A stretch of 63,328 nucleotides of DNA, filler included, from an uncultured Methanosarcinales archaeon (lineage in GTDB: Archaea > Nanobdellota > Nanobdellia > Woesearchaeales > CAZXZL01): assembly GCA_964645415.1 (NCBI GenBank). It is 3 parts of 3 records of this genome, joined end to end, with 100 filler letters (N's around TTAATTAATTAA, not from the genome) between each part and the next. Parts side by side here need not be neighbours in the genome. Positions count along the whole stretch, not along the records: positions 26,193 to 49,824 come from CAZXZL010000011.1; 2 more parts are not named here. One strand, 5' to 3'. Within the stretch, counting starts at the first letter, position 1. Each line of letters begins with the position of its first letter. The notes beneath the pieces were generated by a model. The model made no database searches. It had not been told where the DNA came from and saw nothing but the letters and a program-made list of their open reading frames with translations. Positions 30,618-40,995 of this stretch are shown here, in pieces. Made by a program: the position numbers and the translations under genes.

Positions 30618-31292
30618 ATGAAAAAAAAGATTGATGAAAATCCGGATCAAATTTTAAAATCAATTAAAAAAAAAGCAAAAAGAGTTTATGAGATTACATT
30701 TCATGAAGATTCTTTATTAAGTTGGGTTTTTAATTTAATCTTGGCATTTATTTTAGTTCGATTTATAATCTATCCTGGTTTAAGTTTAGCTTTAGCAACT
30801 GATTTTCCAGTAGTTACTGTAATTACAGGAAGTATGGTTCAAGAAGGGTCATTCCAAGAGTGGTGGGATTCACCAATATCATTAACTGAAACACAAGGAG
30901 ATTTCTATGAAAAATATAATATAACAAAAGAAGATTTCAATCAATTTCCTTTTAATAGTGGTTTTAATGTAGGTGATATAATTATATTAAGAGGAAAAAA
31001 TCCTGAAGACATTAAAGTAGGCGATGTAATGGTATTTCAATCAGAGTTAGATAAACCAATAATTCATAGAGTAATAGAGAAGTGGGAAGAAGAAGGTAAG
31101 ATGTATTATAAAACAAAAGGAGATAACAATGAAAAAGTGATTTCAGGTGATGGTGTTAATGAAGATAGAATTAGTGAAAATAGAGTTTTAGGAATAGGAA
31201 AAGTAAGAATACCTTATTTAGGATGGGTAAAATTATCAATAGTAAATTTTACTAGATGTTTACTTACAGGAAATATTGGTATTGTTTGTTAA
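30618..31292 (+). CDS. Signal peptidase I (Sec11-type)
   Basis: VITGSM (Ser), PIIHRV (His), TKGDNN, RIPYLGW. Confidence 0.92.
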   Translation: MKKKIDENPDQILKSIKKKAKRVYEITFHEDSLLSWVFNLILAFILVRFIIYPGLSLALATDFPVVTVITGSMVQEGSFQEWWDSPISLTETQGDFYEKYNITKEDFNQFPFNSGFNVGDIIILRGKNPEDIKVGDVMVFQSELDKPIIHRVIEKWEEEGKMYYKTKGDNNEKVISGDGVNEDRISENRVLGIGKVRIPYLGWVKLSIVNFTRCLLTGNIGIVC

Positions 31293-31302
31293 AAAGGTGA
31301 TA

Positions 31303-31626
31303 ATGATGAAATTTTGTAAAGATTGTGGGGCTGTATTGCTTCCTAAAAAAACAAAAGAAAAGACTATTTTGACATGTCCAAAATGTAAAAAGGAATATGA
31401 TTCAGATGGAGAACAGAAGCTCTCTGAAAAGATGAAGAAAGAAAAAGATATAGAAGTTATCAAAGAAGAAGATAACAAAGAAGGAGTTATTACAAAAGCG
31501 AAATGTCCTGAATGTGGACATGGAAGAGCATATTACAAAACTAAACAAATGAGAGCATCTGATGAACCACCAACAAGGTTTTATAGATGTGAAGAATGTA
31601 ATCATATTTGGAGAGAATATAGTTAA
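31303..31626 (+). CDS. tfs: Transcription factor S
   Basis: Two zinc ribbons; QMRASDEPPTRFYRC acidic hairpin. Confidence 0.95.
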   Translation: MMKFCKDCGAVLLPKKTKEKTILTCPKCKKEYDSDGEQKLSEKMKKEKDIEVIKEEDNKEGVITKAKCPECGHGRAYYKTKQMRASDEPPTRFYRCEECNHIWREYS

Positions 31627-32258
31627 TTTTTTTCTTTTTTCTTTATTATAAATACAGTTACTTTGATTTTTTTAATTTTAGAAGAGTGATGAGAATAAGT
31701 TTGTTTTAATTTGTAATCAACATCAAAAGAAATAAACTTTCTATTTTTTAATTTTTTATTAATATAACTTTTTGTAGAAGTTTTATGCATTGTAATTAAA
31801 TCTGAATTAAAATTTAATGCTAAATCTAAAAAATCTGAATCTAAACCCTTAATTCTTGTACCATAAGGAGGATTCATAACAATTAAATCAGGATTTTCTA
31901 TTTTGCTAAAATCAAAATCAAATATATCTACATTAAAGATATTATAATTTAAAGACAAATCTTTTTTAGATAAAGTAAAATTGATATTCTTTTTTAGAAT
32001 TGGAATAACATCTTCATCTATTTCAAAAAAATTTATTTTTTTTGAACCAAAAAGAAAAAAGGGTAATGACAATTTTCCAGTTCCAGCTCCAAAATCATAT
32101 ATTGTTTTAGGAACATCATTTCTTAACATATAAAAATTAAGTATTTCTGACCAGAAAGATTCGTCAATAGAATATTGCTCAAGATTTTCTTTAGGATTTT
32201 TGAAATTTTTTAATTTACTTATAAAAATCTCAACTTTCTTTTTTGATATCATTGTCAT
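31623..32258 (-). CDS. METTL5-like N6-adenine methyltransferase
   Basis: LEQY, DFGAGTG, MNPPYG, YSHH. Confidence 0.88.
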   Translation of the reverse strand: MTMISKKKVEIFISKLKNFKNPKENLEQYSIDESFWSEILNFYMLRNDVPKTIYDFGAGTGKLSLPFFLFGSKKINFFEIDEDVIPILKKNINFTLSKKDLSLNYNIFNVDIFDFDFSKIENPDLIVMNPPYGTRIKGLDSDFLDLALNFNSDLITMHKTSTKSYINKKLKNRKFISFDVDYKLKQTYSHHSSKIKKIKVTVFIIKKKEKN

Positions 32259-32670
32259 AATTTGTTCCTTTCATATTTTCCATCTGATTATCTATCTCTT
32301 CTCCTAATTCTTCAAGGTCGTCTAAAAAATTATTAAGATCATTTCTTAGTGTTTTCACTAAAGAACTTAATTTTTTTTCTCTAAGGTAATATCTATTCCC
32401 TTTTTGTATTATTAAACCAGAATCTAACATTTTATTTAAATGAAAAACAATTGTACCTCTACTTCTACCAGTCCGATTAGCTAGTTCACTGCTTTTTAAA
32501 CCTTCACCAAATAGATTAGACTTAAACAACTCAAGAAAAATTCGATACATAGATTTGTCTTTATCTCTCACACTATACATACCTAAAGAAGATGTGAAAA
32601 TTGCAAGTTTCGCATTAATATCAAGTTCTTCTTCTATTTGAAAATTGCAAAATTTAATTTTTCTAAACAT
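32230..32670 (-). CDS. Winged-HTH transcriptional regulator
   Basis: SSELANRTGRSRGTIVFHLNKMLDSGLI; start moved to MFRKIK. Confidence 0.85.
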   Translation of the reverse strand: MFRKIKFCNFQIEEELDINAKLAIFTSSLGMYSVRDKDKSMYRIFLELFKSNLFGEGLKSSELANRTGRSRGTIVFHLNKMLDSGLIIQKGNRYYLREKKLSSLVKTLRNDLNNFLDDLEELGEEIDNQMENMKGTNYDNDIKKES

Positions 32671-32727
32671 CTTATAATTAGTACTTAGTCGAAAATATTT
32701 AAATATTATTAATAACAAGTTAATAAT

Positions 32728-34629
32728 ATGACTTATAATAAAAAAGCATATAATGTTAAACCATATCATTCTGAAGATTTGAGATTAGATAAAGAGTTAG
32801 AGAATGTTGAAGGTTCATTTGTACCATTTAATGAGAGTAAGGTAGACGATAAACTTGAAAAACCAATTAGTATGTCTCATATTGGAAAGACAGTAGGCGA
32901 AAGCCAGAATAGTGATATTTTAAAAGGTTTTAAAACAGCAATTAATCAAGGAGCAAGTAAAGTTGAATTATCATTAGGATCAACAAATACTGGTGCTGGA
33001 ACAGGTTTTGGTTATCATGGACCAAAAAAAAGAAAAGCAATTAAAGAAATGTCTAAAGCAACTAATGTAAAAATCAATAGTATTCACACTCCACCAACAG
33101 GAGGTGAAGCTGTAGGAAATTTATCGGGATTAGGAAGAGAAGGGATTAATGAAGAAAATAGAGAAAAAGCAAAAAGGATGGTTAAAAGGACAATTGATTT
33201 TGCATACGATGTAACAAGTGATAATGAAGAACAAATACCTGAAGAAGGAATATCTGTAGTAGTACATACTGGAGAGTTTCCAAGATCTATGAAAGATGTT
33301 AATAAAAAAGACAATAAAGGAAGATTTAAACAAAATGATTCACCTAAACATTACTTTGTAGATTTAGAAGAAAATAAAACTAGTGCAATTGATGAAAAAA
33401 GAAAAATAACTTTTAGTAACAGACAAATAGAAAGATTAAAAGAAAGCGATGACTTAAAGAAGTTCCATGGATTATATGATGTTTTAAATGAAGTAAAAGA
33501 TGAAAGTAACGGTTATACTGAATTAGAATGGAAAGATATTGAAAATATTGTAAGTAAAGATTCTGAAATAAAAAACAACTTAAATAAAAAGTTAAAAGAA
33601 GATGAAAATCTTCGTAAGGCATTAGGGAATGATGATGGAGAGGAATTAACACCAACTGAAGCTTTTGTTAAGTTAAATTATTTTTTTGAAGGAATTATGA
33701 AAGCAGAAAGTGAGATTGCTCATGCAGAAAGATTAAAAAAACAAGCTGAGATGAAAGAAACTCAAGGGAAATATAAAGAGATAGCTGAAGCTGAGAAAAG
33801 AGATTCTGAAATGAGAAAAATGAAAGGAGAAATTCAACTAAAAGAGCTTGAAAAAAGATTAAAAAAAGTTAAAGATATAGAAAAAGTTGCAATGGAAAAT
33901 ACAATAGATTCTTATGCTGATTTAGCAGAACATATTTATGAAAAACAAAAAAAAGAGGGTACTGAAAAAAATGTTTATTTGGCACCTGAAAATATAACAC
34001 CTGAAAGTTATGGAAGTCACCCTGATGAATTAAAAGATATTGTAAAAAAAGCTAGGAAGGAATTTAAAAAAAGATTAAAAGAAAATCATAATATTAATGA
34101 AAAAAGTGCTGAAAAAATTGCAAAAGATAAAATTAAAGCAACTTTTGACACACAACACCTAGCTATGTGGGGACAACATTTTGAAGGAAGTGAAGAAGAA
34201 TTTTGGGAATGGTATGATGATAAAGTTGAAGAGATGGCAAAAGAAGGTATAATAGGAAATGTACATATGGTAGATGGAGATATGCAATCACATGCACACC
34301 AACCAATAGGACATGGTAAAATACCTATTCAAAAAGCAATGTCTAAAATTAAAAAGTATTATGAAGAAAATGACATGGACCTTCCAGCAATGAATTCAGA
34401 AGGTTGGGGTATTCCTGGAGATCAAGGTGGTGGAGAACAACTCACATCAGCATGGAGAGAACTTAGTCACTTTAAAAACACATATATTCCTAATAAAAAT
34501 AGAAAGGCAAATTTTTCTGAAATAGAGGATAGTTACTTTATGAGAAAATCATCACCTTATTTTGTTTTTGGAAAATATTCTCCCAGTGAATCTTTATTTT
34601 CAACTTGGTCTGGTTTACCATTAGAATAA
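32728..34629 (+). CDS. Xylose-isomerase/AP-endonuclease-like TIM-barrel protein with coiled-coil insertion
   Basis: SIHTP, VVVHTGE, LAPEN, ATFDTQH, NVHMVD...HQPIGHG metal motifs. Confidence 0.7.
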   Translation: MTYNKKAYNVKPYHSEDLRLDKELENVEGSFVPFNESKVDDKLEKPISMSHIGKTVGESQNSDILKGFKTAINQGASKVELSLGSTNTGAGTGFGYHGPKKRKAIKEMSKATNVKINSIHTPPTGGEAVGNLSGLGREGINEENREKAKRMVKRTIDFAYDVTSDNEEQIPEEGISVVVHTGEFPRSMKDVNKKDNKGRFKQNDSPKHYFVDLEENKTSAIDEKRKITFSNRQIERLKESDDLKKFHGLYDVLNEVKDESNGYTELEWKDIENIVSKDSEIKNNLNKKLKEDENLRKALGNDDGEELTPTEAFVKLNYFFEGIMKAESEIAHAERLKKQAEMKETQGKYKEIAEAEKRDSEMRKMKGEIQLKELEKRLKKVKDIEKVAMENTIDSYADLAEHIYEKQKKEGTEKNVYLAPENITPESYGSHPDELKDIVKKARKEFKKRLKENHNINEKSAEKIAKDKIKATFDTQHLAMWGQHFEGSEEEFWEWYDDKVEEMAKEGIIGNVHMVDGDMQSHAHQPIGHGKIPIQKAMSKIKKYYEENDMDLPAMNSEGWGIPGDQGGGEQLTSAWRELSHFKNTYIPNKNRKANFSEIEDSYFMRKSSPYFVFGKYSPSESLFSTWSGLPLE

Positions 34630-34675
34630 TTTTCTAAAAATATTTATAAACGAATAGAATTTAAAATAATTTAGA

Positions 34676-34924
34676 ATGTATATTGGAGCAATAGGTGCTT
34701 TTTTAATAGCATTATCTTGGATACCACAATTATTTGATTTATTGAAAGGAAAAGTAGACACTGTATCAATTAAATTTAGTGTTATATACATATTAGGTTC
34801 ACTATTACTTGTAATTTATTCAATAAATATATCAGATTATATCTTTTTATTTCTAAATAGCTTAGCTCTACTATTTTCTGCAATGAATTTTTTTGTGGCA
34901 ATGAAAAAAGGTAAATTAATTTAA
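34676..34924 (+). CDS. SemiSWEET/PQ-loop transporter
   Basis: Three TM segments, SWIPQ motif. Confidence 0.8.
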   Translation: MYIGAIGAFLIALSWIPQLFDLLKGKVDTVSIKFSVIYILGSLLLVIYSINISDYIFLFLNSLALLFSAMNFFVAMKKGKLI

Positions 34925-36277
34925 AGAATTAATTTTTCTTATAATTTTATTATTTTTTATTTTTCTTTTAATTAACTTTTCTGAATCATTACCATAATAA
35001 TTTAAAACATCTAATACATTATATTTTCTATCGAGTAATATTATCTTAGCATCTCTTTTGACAAAAATGTCAGTTTGATGTATTTTTGAGTTAATATTTT
35101 CTTTTCGTGAATAATTTTTTCCTCTAAATTGATATGTAATAAATATTTTATAACCAAAAACATTTTCACTCGAATTTATTTTAAGATACTCACAACCATC
35201 ACTAGAATTGTTAAATTGATTATTAAAGTTATCAGGACAATCAAAAATTAATTCTGATATTAAAGCTTTGTTTGGTTTATCAATTTCAATAAAGCTTTTA
35301 TTTAGATATTTATCATCTAAGCTAAGATTTTCAATAAAATCAACATAATTAGTTAAATCATCATATCTTTTTATTTGATTTTTATCATTAAATAAACTAT
35401 TATTTCTAATTATAATTAAATTTTCAAGATTTCTATAATTCCCATTATTTGTAGGATTGAAAGAACCTGTAATAGTAACATTATTTGTAAAAAATAATTT
35501 ATTATGAATAACAATTTCATTAATTAGATTAAAATTTTCTTTATTTTCATTATTTAATATTAAATGATTAGATCCAGAATTTAAAAGTCTAAAATTTGTT
35601 TTATCTTTAATTGAGTTAAAAAGGTCTTCTAAATTAAAATAAAAAAGAATGAAATTAACTTCATTAGATGAATTAAATTCTTTAATCAAAATATTTTCAA
35701 AATTCGAAAAAAGAATTTCAAAACTATCATCAACAGTTCTAAAATTAGGTAAATTTTCTTTTAAACATGAAACTGATTTTAAATCTTGGGAACGACTATT
35801 TTTACATTTTTTAAAGGCATTTTTTAAAGATGATTTTAAATTAGTTTTTAATTCATAAGAATCAATAACCAAAAAATCATTAGTTTGTGAAAAGAAACCA
35901 TTATAAGTTGGATTAAGAGAGCCAGTAATTGTTTTATTATCTAAAAAACAAATTTTTAAATGCATTTGATGATTTGTCCTTAATTGTTTTACACCATCTA
36001 TATCTGAATGTTCATTATATCCTTTAATAGTAAGTTCATAAACTCCATCTTTTAACAAATCTCTTCCAAACTCATCTATACTATAAAAATAACATAACCC
36101 ATTAGAAAAATTCATGTTTGAAAAATAATCATAGCAATCATCCATAGGACACAAATAATGATCTATCTTAATCTCATCATGAAGAATTATTTCATTAGAG
36201 TTTTTGGAATTATTTGATAAAAACGTAAAAATAAAAATCAAAATAATTATTAAAATTATTTTTAAATATCTTTTCAT
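34916..36277 (-). CDS. Secreted phospholipase D-family protein
   Basis: Signal anchor; HLKICFLD..TGSLN and HNKLFFTN..TGSFN HKD-type motifs. Confidence 0.8.
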   Translation of the reverse strand: MKRYLKIILIIILIFIFTFLSNNSKNSNEIILHDEIKIDHYLCPMDDCYDYFSNMNFSNGLCYFYSIDEFGRDLLKDGVYELTIKGYNEHSDIDGVKQLRTNHQMHLKICFLDNKTITGSLNPTYNGFFSQTNDFLVIDSYELKTNLKSSLKNAFKKCKNSRSQDLKSVSCLKENLPNFRTVDDSFEILFSNFENILIKEFNSSNEVNFILFYFNLEDLFNSIKDKTNFRLLNSGSNHLILNNENKENFNLINEIVIHNKLFFTNNVTITGSFNPTNNGNYRNLENLIIIRNNSLFNDKNQIKRYDDLTNYVDFIENLSLDDKYLNKSFIEIDKPNKALISELIFDCPDNFNNQFNNSSDGCEYLKINSSENVFGYKIFITYQFRGKNYSRKENINSKIHQTDIFVKRDAKIILLDRKYNVLDVLNYYGNDSEKLIKRKIKNNKIIRKINSLN

Positions 36278-36343
36278 GGAAAAATAAATTAGAGATATTT
36301 TATATTTTAATTTAATAAAAAATAGAAAAAATTACAAATAAAA

Positions 36344-37708
36344 TTAAAAAATATTTTTATCTACGTTTTTTTTTAACTTTGAGAGGATTTCTTCTTCTGA
36401 TAATTCTACTTGTTCTCTCTTTTTTAAGTTTTTTAAAATATATTTTCCTTCTTTTAATGATTTTTCATCAATAATTATTCCAAATTTAGCTCCTTTTTTG
36501 TCTGCAAATTTAAACTCTTTTTTAAACATTTTACCCCAAGAATCATACTCATCAACAGTCATTGTTACATTAATATTTTCTTGGTGTAATTTTGATAAAA
36601 GTTTAAAAGCTTCATTTCGTAGTTTAGAATTTTTTAAATAAACAATCATATGAGCTAAAGGAGAATCACTAATAGATTTAATTTCATCATTTTCTAAATC
36701 AATTAATGCTTCAATTGTTCTATCAACACCAATACCATAACCAATACAAGGAGTATCTCTATTTCCAAATAAACCTACTAATTTATCATATCTTCCTCCA
36801 CCAGCAATTGATCCACCAACTTTATTTTCATTTTCATCAATAACGATTGCTTCAAAAACAATACCAGTATAATAATCAAAACCTCTTGCAAGACTTAAAT
36901 CAAATTCAATTAAAGATTTAAAATTGTTTTCTTCAATTAATTCATCAACATCTTTTAATCTAATTAAAGCACTCTTTAATTTTTCATTTTTATCTGAGAT
37001 ATCTTCAAGAAACTCAAAAGGTTTTTTAGAATTAAATAAAGATTTAATATTTTTCAATAACTTACTTTCATCAACAATCTCTTTTATTTCTAAAATAACA
37101 TTATCAAGACCAATTTTATCTTTCTTATCAATTATTCTAATAACTTCAGTAATTTTATCATCATCTTTAATTCCAGATAATTCAATTAAACCACGTAGAA
37201 TATTTCTATGAGAAATTTTTAATCTAAAATTGTTTTTATTAAATCCTAATTCTTTATATTGATTACATAAAAGAGATATTACTTCAAAATCAGAATAAAA
37301 AGAATCACTACCAATTGATTCAACACCATATTGCCAAAATTCACGATACCTACCGGCTTGAGGTTTTTCATATCGCCAAACTCTAGTAAAATAAGACCAT
37401 CGTAAAGGATAATCACCAATAAATTTACCTGAAGATACAACTCTTGCAATAGGAGTAGTTATATCAGGCCTCAAACCAACCCATCTATCACCATGATCTT
37501 TAAACATAAATATTTCTTCTGTTTGTTCAGGACTTAGACCTCCTTTCTTTGTTAAAATTTCACCTAATTCAAGAGCAGGAGTTTCAATTAAATTATAACC
37601 AAATTTATGAGCCACATTTTGTAATTTTTTCTCTAAAAACTTATATTTAACAAACTTACTTGGTAACATCGTTCTAAATCCTTTTACTTGATCTTCTTTG
37701 AGTCCCAT
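36344..37708 (-). CDS. hisS: Histidine--tRNA ligase
   Basis: LRPDIT, WRYEKPQAGRYREFWQ, LARGFDYYTG, GGGRYD. Confidence 0.97.
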   Translation of the reverse strand: MGLKEDQVKGFRTMLPSKFVKYKFLEKKLQNVAHKFGYNLIETPALELGEILTKKGGLSPEQTEEIFMFKDHGDRWVGLRPDITTPIARVVSSGKFIGDYPLRWSYFTRVWRYEKPQAGRYREFWQYGVESIGSDSFYSDFEVISLLCNQYKELGFNKNNFRLKISHRNILRGLIELSGIKDDDKITEVIRIIDKKDKIGLDNVILEIKEIVDESKLLKNIKSLFNSKKPFEFLEDISDKNEKLKSALIRLKDVDELIEENNFKSLIEFDLSLARGFDYYTGIVFEAIVIDENENKVGGSIAGGGRYDKLVGLFGNRDTPCIGYGIGVDRTIEALIDLENDEIKSISDSPLAHMIVYLKNSKLRNEAFKLLSKLHQENINVTMTVDEYDSWGKMFKKEFKFADKKGAKFGIIIDEKSLKEGKYILKNLKKREQVELSEEEILSKLKKNVDKNIF

Positions 37709-37800
37709 TTTTGAAAAATATTTTAAAAATAAAAAAAATATGATAATATTAATTTTGATTTAACAAAATATTTAAAGGTTTTCAAATTATAGTTATTAAA

Positions 37801-38802
37801 ATGAAAGCTGCATTTTTTGGATTAAATAAATGGCAAAAAAAACTTGTTGAAAGAAAATTAGGATGTCTTGAAATATCTTTTCATAAACATGATGAATTAG
37901 ATAAAAAATTAGATGAACTTAAAGAGATTGAAATATTAGGTGTTTTCGTAGAAACACCAGTAAAAAAGAAACACATTAAAAAATTAAAGAATTTAAAGTT
38001 AATTGTTACTCTATCAACAGGTTATGATCATATTGACTGTAAATATGCAAGAAAAAAAGATATAGATGTATGTAATGTTCCAAACTATGGTGAAAAAACA
38101 GTAGCAGAATATGCTTTCGGTCTAATGTTAAATGAAGTTAGAAATATAGATAAAGCAAAGAAAAGAGTTTTAGAAACAGGTAAATTTGATAATACAGGAC
38201 TAATAGGAAGTGATTTATCAGGAAAAACATTAGGAGTAATTGGTACAGGAAGTATTGGGATGCATGTTTTAAAAATTGCAGGTGGCTTTGAAATGAATAA
38301 ACTTGCATACGATGTTAATAAAAATATGAAAGCATCAAAAGATTTAAATTTCAAATATGTTGATTTAGCAGAATTATATACTAAATCTGATATTATCTCA
38401 GTTCATGTTCCTTTAAATAAACATACTAAACATATGATTGATTCAAGTAGTTTAAGTATGATGAAAGATGGAGTTATTATAATAAACACTTCTCGTGGAG
38501 CAGTTATAGATCCAGATATGATTATTGAAGGATTAAAAAATGAAAAAATAAGAGCTGTAGCAACAGATGTATTAGAAGGAGAAGAAAATTTTAAAGATGA
38601 TATTTCAATTTTAAATGCAATTGATGATGATAAAAAATCAAGACTGATTTTAGAAAATGAAGTGCTAATTAATCATCCAAAAGTAACCGTTACGCCACAT
38701 GTAGCATTTTATACAAGAGAAGCTATTGAAAGAATTGTAAATCAAACTACAATGAACGTTTTAAAGTTTCTTGATAGCAAAAAGATAAATGTAGTTAATT
38801 AA
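37801..38802 (+). CDS. D-2-hydroxyacid (D-lactate) dehydrogenase
   Basis: STGYDHID, GVIGTGSIG, INTSRG, DVLEGE, TPHVAFYT. Confidence 0.93.
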   Translation: MKAAFFGLNKWQKKLVERKLGCLEISFHKHDELDKKLDELKEIEILGVFVETPVKKKHIKKLKNLKLIVTLSTGYDHIDCKYARKKDIDVCNVPNYGEKTVAEYAFGLMLNEVRNIDKAKKRVLETGKFDNTGLIGSDLSGKTLGVIGTGSIGMHVLKIAGGFEMNKLAYDVNKNMKASKDLNFKYVDLAELYTKSDIISVHVPLNKHTKHMIDSSSLSMMKDGVIIINTSRGAVIDPDMIIEGLKNEKIRAVATDVLEGEENFKDDISILNAIDDDKKSRLILENEVLINHPKVTVTPHVAFYTREAIERIVNQTTMNVLKFLDSKKINVVN

Positions 38803-38852
38803 AATAAAAAAAGCCAAAATTTTATAAAAGAATAGAATTTTTTCTTAATGGT

Positions 38853-39188
38853 ATGGCAAATAAAAAAAGTCAAAAGAGGAAATCAAAAAACAATAGATCA
38901 AGAGTTCGTTTTCCAAAAGACGATCAAGTATTAGGAGTTGTTGAGAAAAGACTTGGTGGTAGTCGTATGAGAGTTAGATGTTTTGATGGCAATGAAAGAA
39001 TATGCCGTATTCCTGGTTCATTAAAAAGATATTTATGGATTAGAGAAAATGATGTAGTACTTGTAGAACCTTGGGAAATGCAAGGTGATGAGAAAGGAGA
39101 TGTTGTTTATAAGTACAAAAAGAACCAAGTAAATTATCTAAAAAGAAAAGGCTATTTATCAGACCTTGATGAATTTAGAGAATTTTAA
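38853..39188 (+). CDS. eif1A: Translation initiation factor aIF-1A
   Basis: LGGSRMRVRCFDG..RICRIPG...WIRENDVV. Confidence 0.96.
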   Translation: MANKKSQKRKSKNNRSRVRFPKDDQVLGVVEKRLGGSRMRVRCFDGNERICRIPGSLKRYLWIRENDVVLVEPWEMQGDEKGDVVYKYKKNQVNYLKRKGYLSDLDEFREF

Positions 39189-39224
39189 TATTTTTTATTG
39201 TTATTATAATTTTATTTTTATCAA

Positions 39225-40400
39225 ATGAAAAAAGAAGTATATCCTCCAAGAGAAGATTCTTTTCTTTTAAAAAGAAATGTAAAAAAATTAGCATGTGGTA
39301 AAGTTCTTGATGTAGGTTGTGGAAGTGGAATACAATCTAAAGCAGCCTTAAAATCAAAAAAAACAAAAAAAGTTATTTCTGTTGATCTAAATGAAAATGC
39401 ATTAAAAGAAACTTCTAAAATTAATGATAAAAGATTAAAAACAATAAAATCTAATTTATTTAGCTCATTAAAAAAAGAGCATGAAAATTCATTTGATTTA
39501 ATTCTATTTAATCCACCATATCTACCAAAATCTAATCTAGACCATCATCTTGATGAAGGAACAAGATTAGCAACAGTTGGAGGGATTGAAGGAAATGAAG
39601 TAATAAATCGATTTATAACAGAATTAAATAGATTTTTAAAAAATGATGGAAAATGTTTACTTTTGTACTCTAGCAAATCAAATCCGATTCAAATTGAAAA
39701 ATTTATGGACTATAATCTTCTTAACTGGAAGCTAATTGATAGTGAAAAGATGGAAGATGATGAAGAGTTATATGTTGTTTTAATAAAAAAAAGTAATCTC
39801 TTAAAAAGAATTAACAAAAAACATTATGTAAAATTTATTTCTAAAGGAAAACACTCTTACATATTTTTAACAGAAGATAAAAAATTAATTAAAGTGACAA
39901 ATGGAGTTTCAAAAGGATCAATAAAAACAGAATTTAATATACTTAAAGCAATAGAAAATTCAAAGTTCAAAGAAAAAATAAATTATCCTAAACCTTATTA
40001 TTTAGATGAAAAAAATCAATTTTTAATAAGAGAATATATTAGCGGAATTGAATTCAATAAGAAAATAGAAAAGATAGATAAAATAAAAACAAAAAAGATA
40101 TTAAAACAAATATTAACACAAGCTTTTTATTTAGATAAAATAGGAATAAACAAAAAAGAGATGCATAGAATCACAAAAAATGTTATAATTACAAAAAATA
40201 ACATTCCTTACTTAATTGACTTTGAAAGATCTAGAAAAACTAATAATCCAAAAAATGTAACACAATTTATTTCTTTTTTATATAAATTTATTAAAAAAGA
40301 TATAATTAAAATTAATGAAAAAGAACTAATTAAAATTGCAAAAAAATATTCAAATAAGCCAGACATAAAATATATTAATGAAATATTAGAAAAATGGTAA
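39225..40400 (+). CDS. HemK2/Mtq2 methyltransferase fused to archaeal kinase-like domain
   Basis: VYPPREDS, LDVGCGSG, FNPPY; C-terminal SKGKHS, REYISG, IDFERS. Confidence 0.85.
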   Translation: MKKEVYPPREDSFLLKRNVKKLACGKVLDVGCGSGIQSKAALKSKKTKKVISVDLNENALKETSKINDKRLKTIKSNLFSSLKKEHENSFDLILFNPPYLPKSNLDHHLDEGTRLATVGGIEGNEVINRFITELNRFLKNDGKCLLLYSSKSNPIQIEKFMDYNLLNWKLIDSEKMEDDEELYVVLIKKSNLLKRINKKHYVKFISKGKHSYIFLTEDKKLIKVTNGVSKGSIKTEFNILKAIENSKFKEKINYPKPYYLDEKNQFLIREYISGIEFNKKIEKIDKIKTKKILKQILTQAFYLDKIGINKKEMHRITKNVIITKNNIPYLIDFERSRKTNNPKNVTQFISFLYKFIKKDIIKINEKELIKIAKKYSNKPDIKYINEILEKW

Positions 40401-40762
40401 AAATGGAAAAAGAAAAAATTACTTTTGGTTGTAATATATTTTCAAATAAAAAAGTATTAAGTTGTTCTTTTGGTTTGACTAAATCAGAATTAGAACTATT
40501 GAAAACAGTAATAGAAAATAAAAAAGGAATCTCCGTAAAAGAAATATCAAGCTTTTTAGATAAAGGAAGAACAACGATTCAAAAAACAATTAAATCATTA
40601 TTAGACAAAAAATTAATCAAAAGAAAGCAAGTAAATTTAAAAAAAGGATTTGCATATATTTATTATCCATTAAATAAAGAAGATTATATTAAAATATTTG
40701 ACAAAAAACTAAAAAAGATAAAAAATAACATTCATAAAGAGATAAATAACTGGTATAGTTAA
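40394..40762 (+). CDS. TrmB-like HTH regulator
   Basis: CSFGLTKSE, SVKEIS..LDKGRTTIQKTIKSL, GFAYIY. Confidence 0.8.
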   Translation: MVKMEKEKITFGCNIFSNKKVLSCSFGLTKSELELLKTVIENKKGISVKEISSFLDKGRTTIQKTIKSLLDKKLIKRKQVNLKKGFAYIYYPLNKEDYIKIFDKKLKKIKNNIHKEINNWYS

Positions 40763-40799
40763 AAGAATTAAAAAATAAAGCTCATTCTTCTTCGAAACT

Positions 40800-40995
40800 T
40801 AGAAAAAAAACTTTGTTTTTTTCAAGGTGAGAAATCTTTTGATTTCACTAACCTTTTAAATCTTTGATTTAAACAACATAAAAAACTCTTTGTTTTTCTT
40901 CGCTTTGAAAACTTTGTTTTCAATAGTTAGAAAATCTATGATTTTAGTCACTTTTAAATTTCTAATTTAATAAGTTCTAAACTTTAGTTTAGTAA
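40800..40995. repeat. Array of about 7 short palindromes with C-T-rich-G loops
   Basis: e.g. GAAATC-TTTT-GATTTC, TTTAAATC-TTT-GATTTAAA, TTGAAAAC-TTT-GTTTTCAA, AAAATC-TAT-GATTTT, CTAAAC-TTTA-GTTTAG. Confidence 0.75.
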
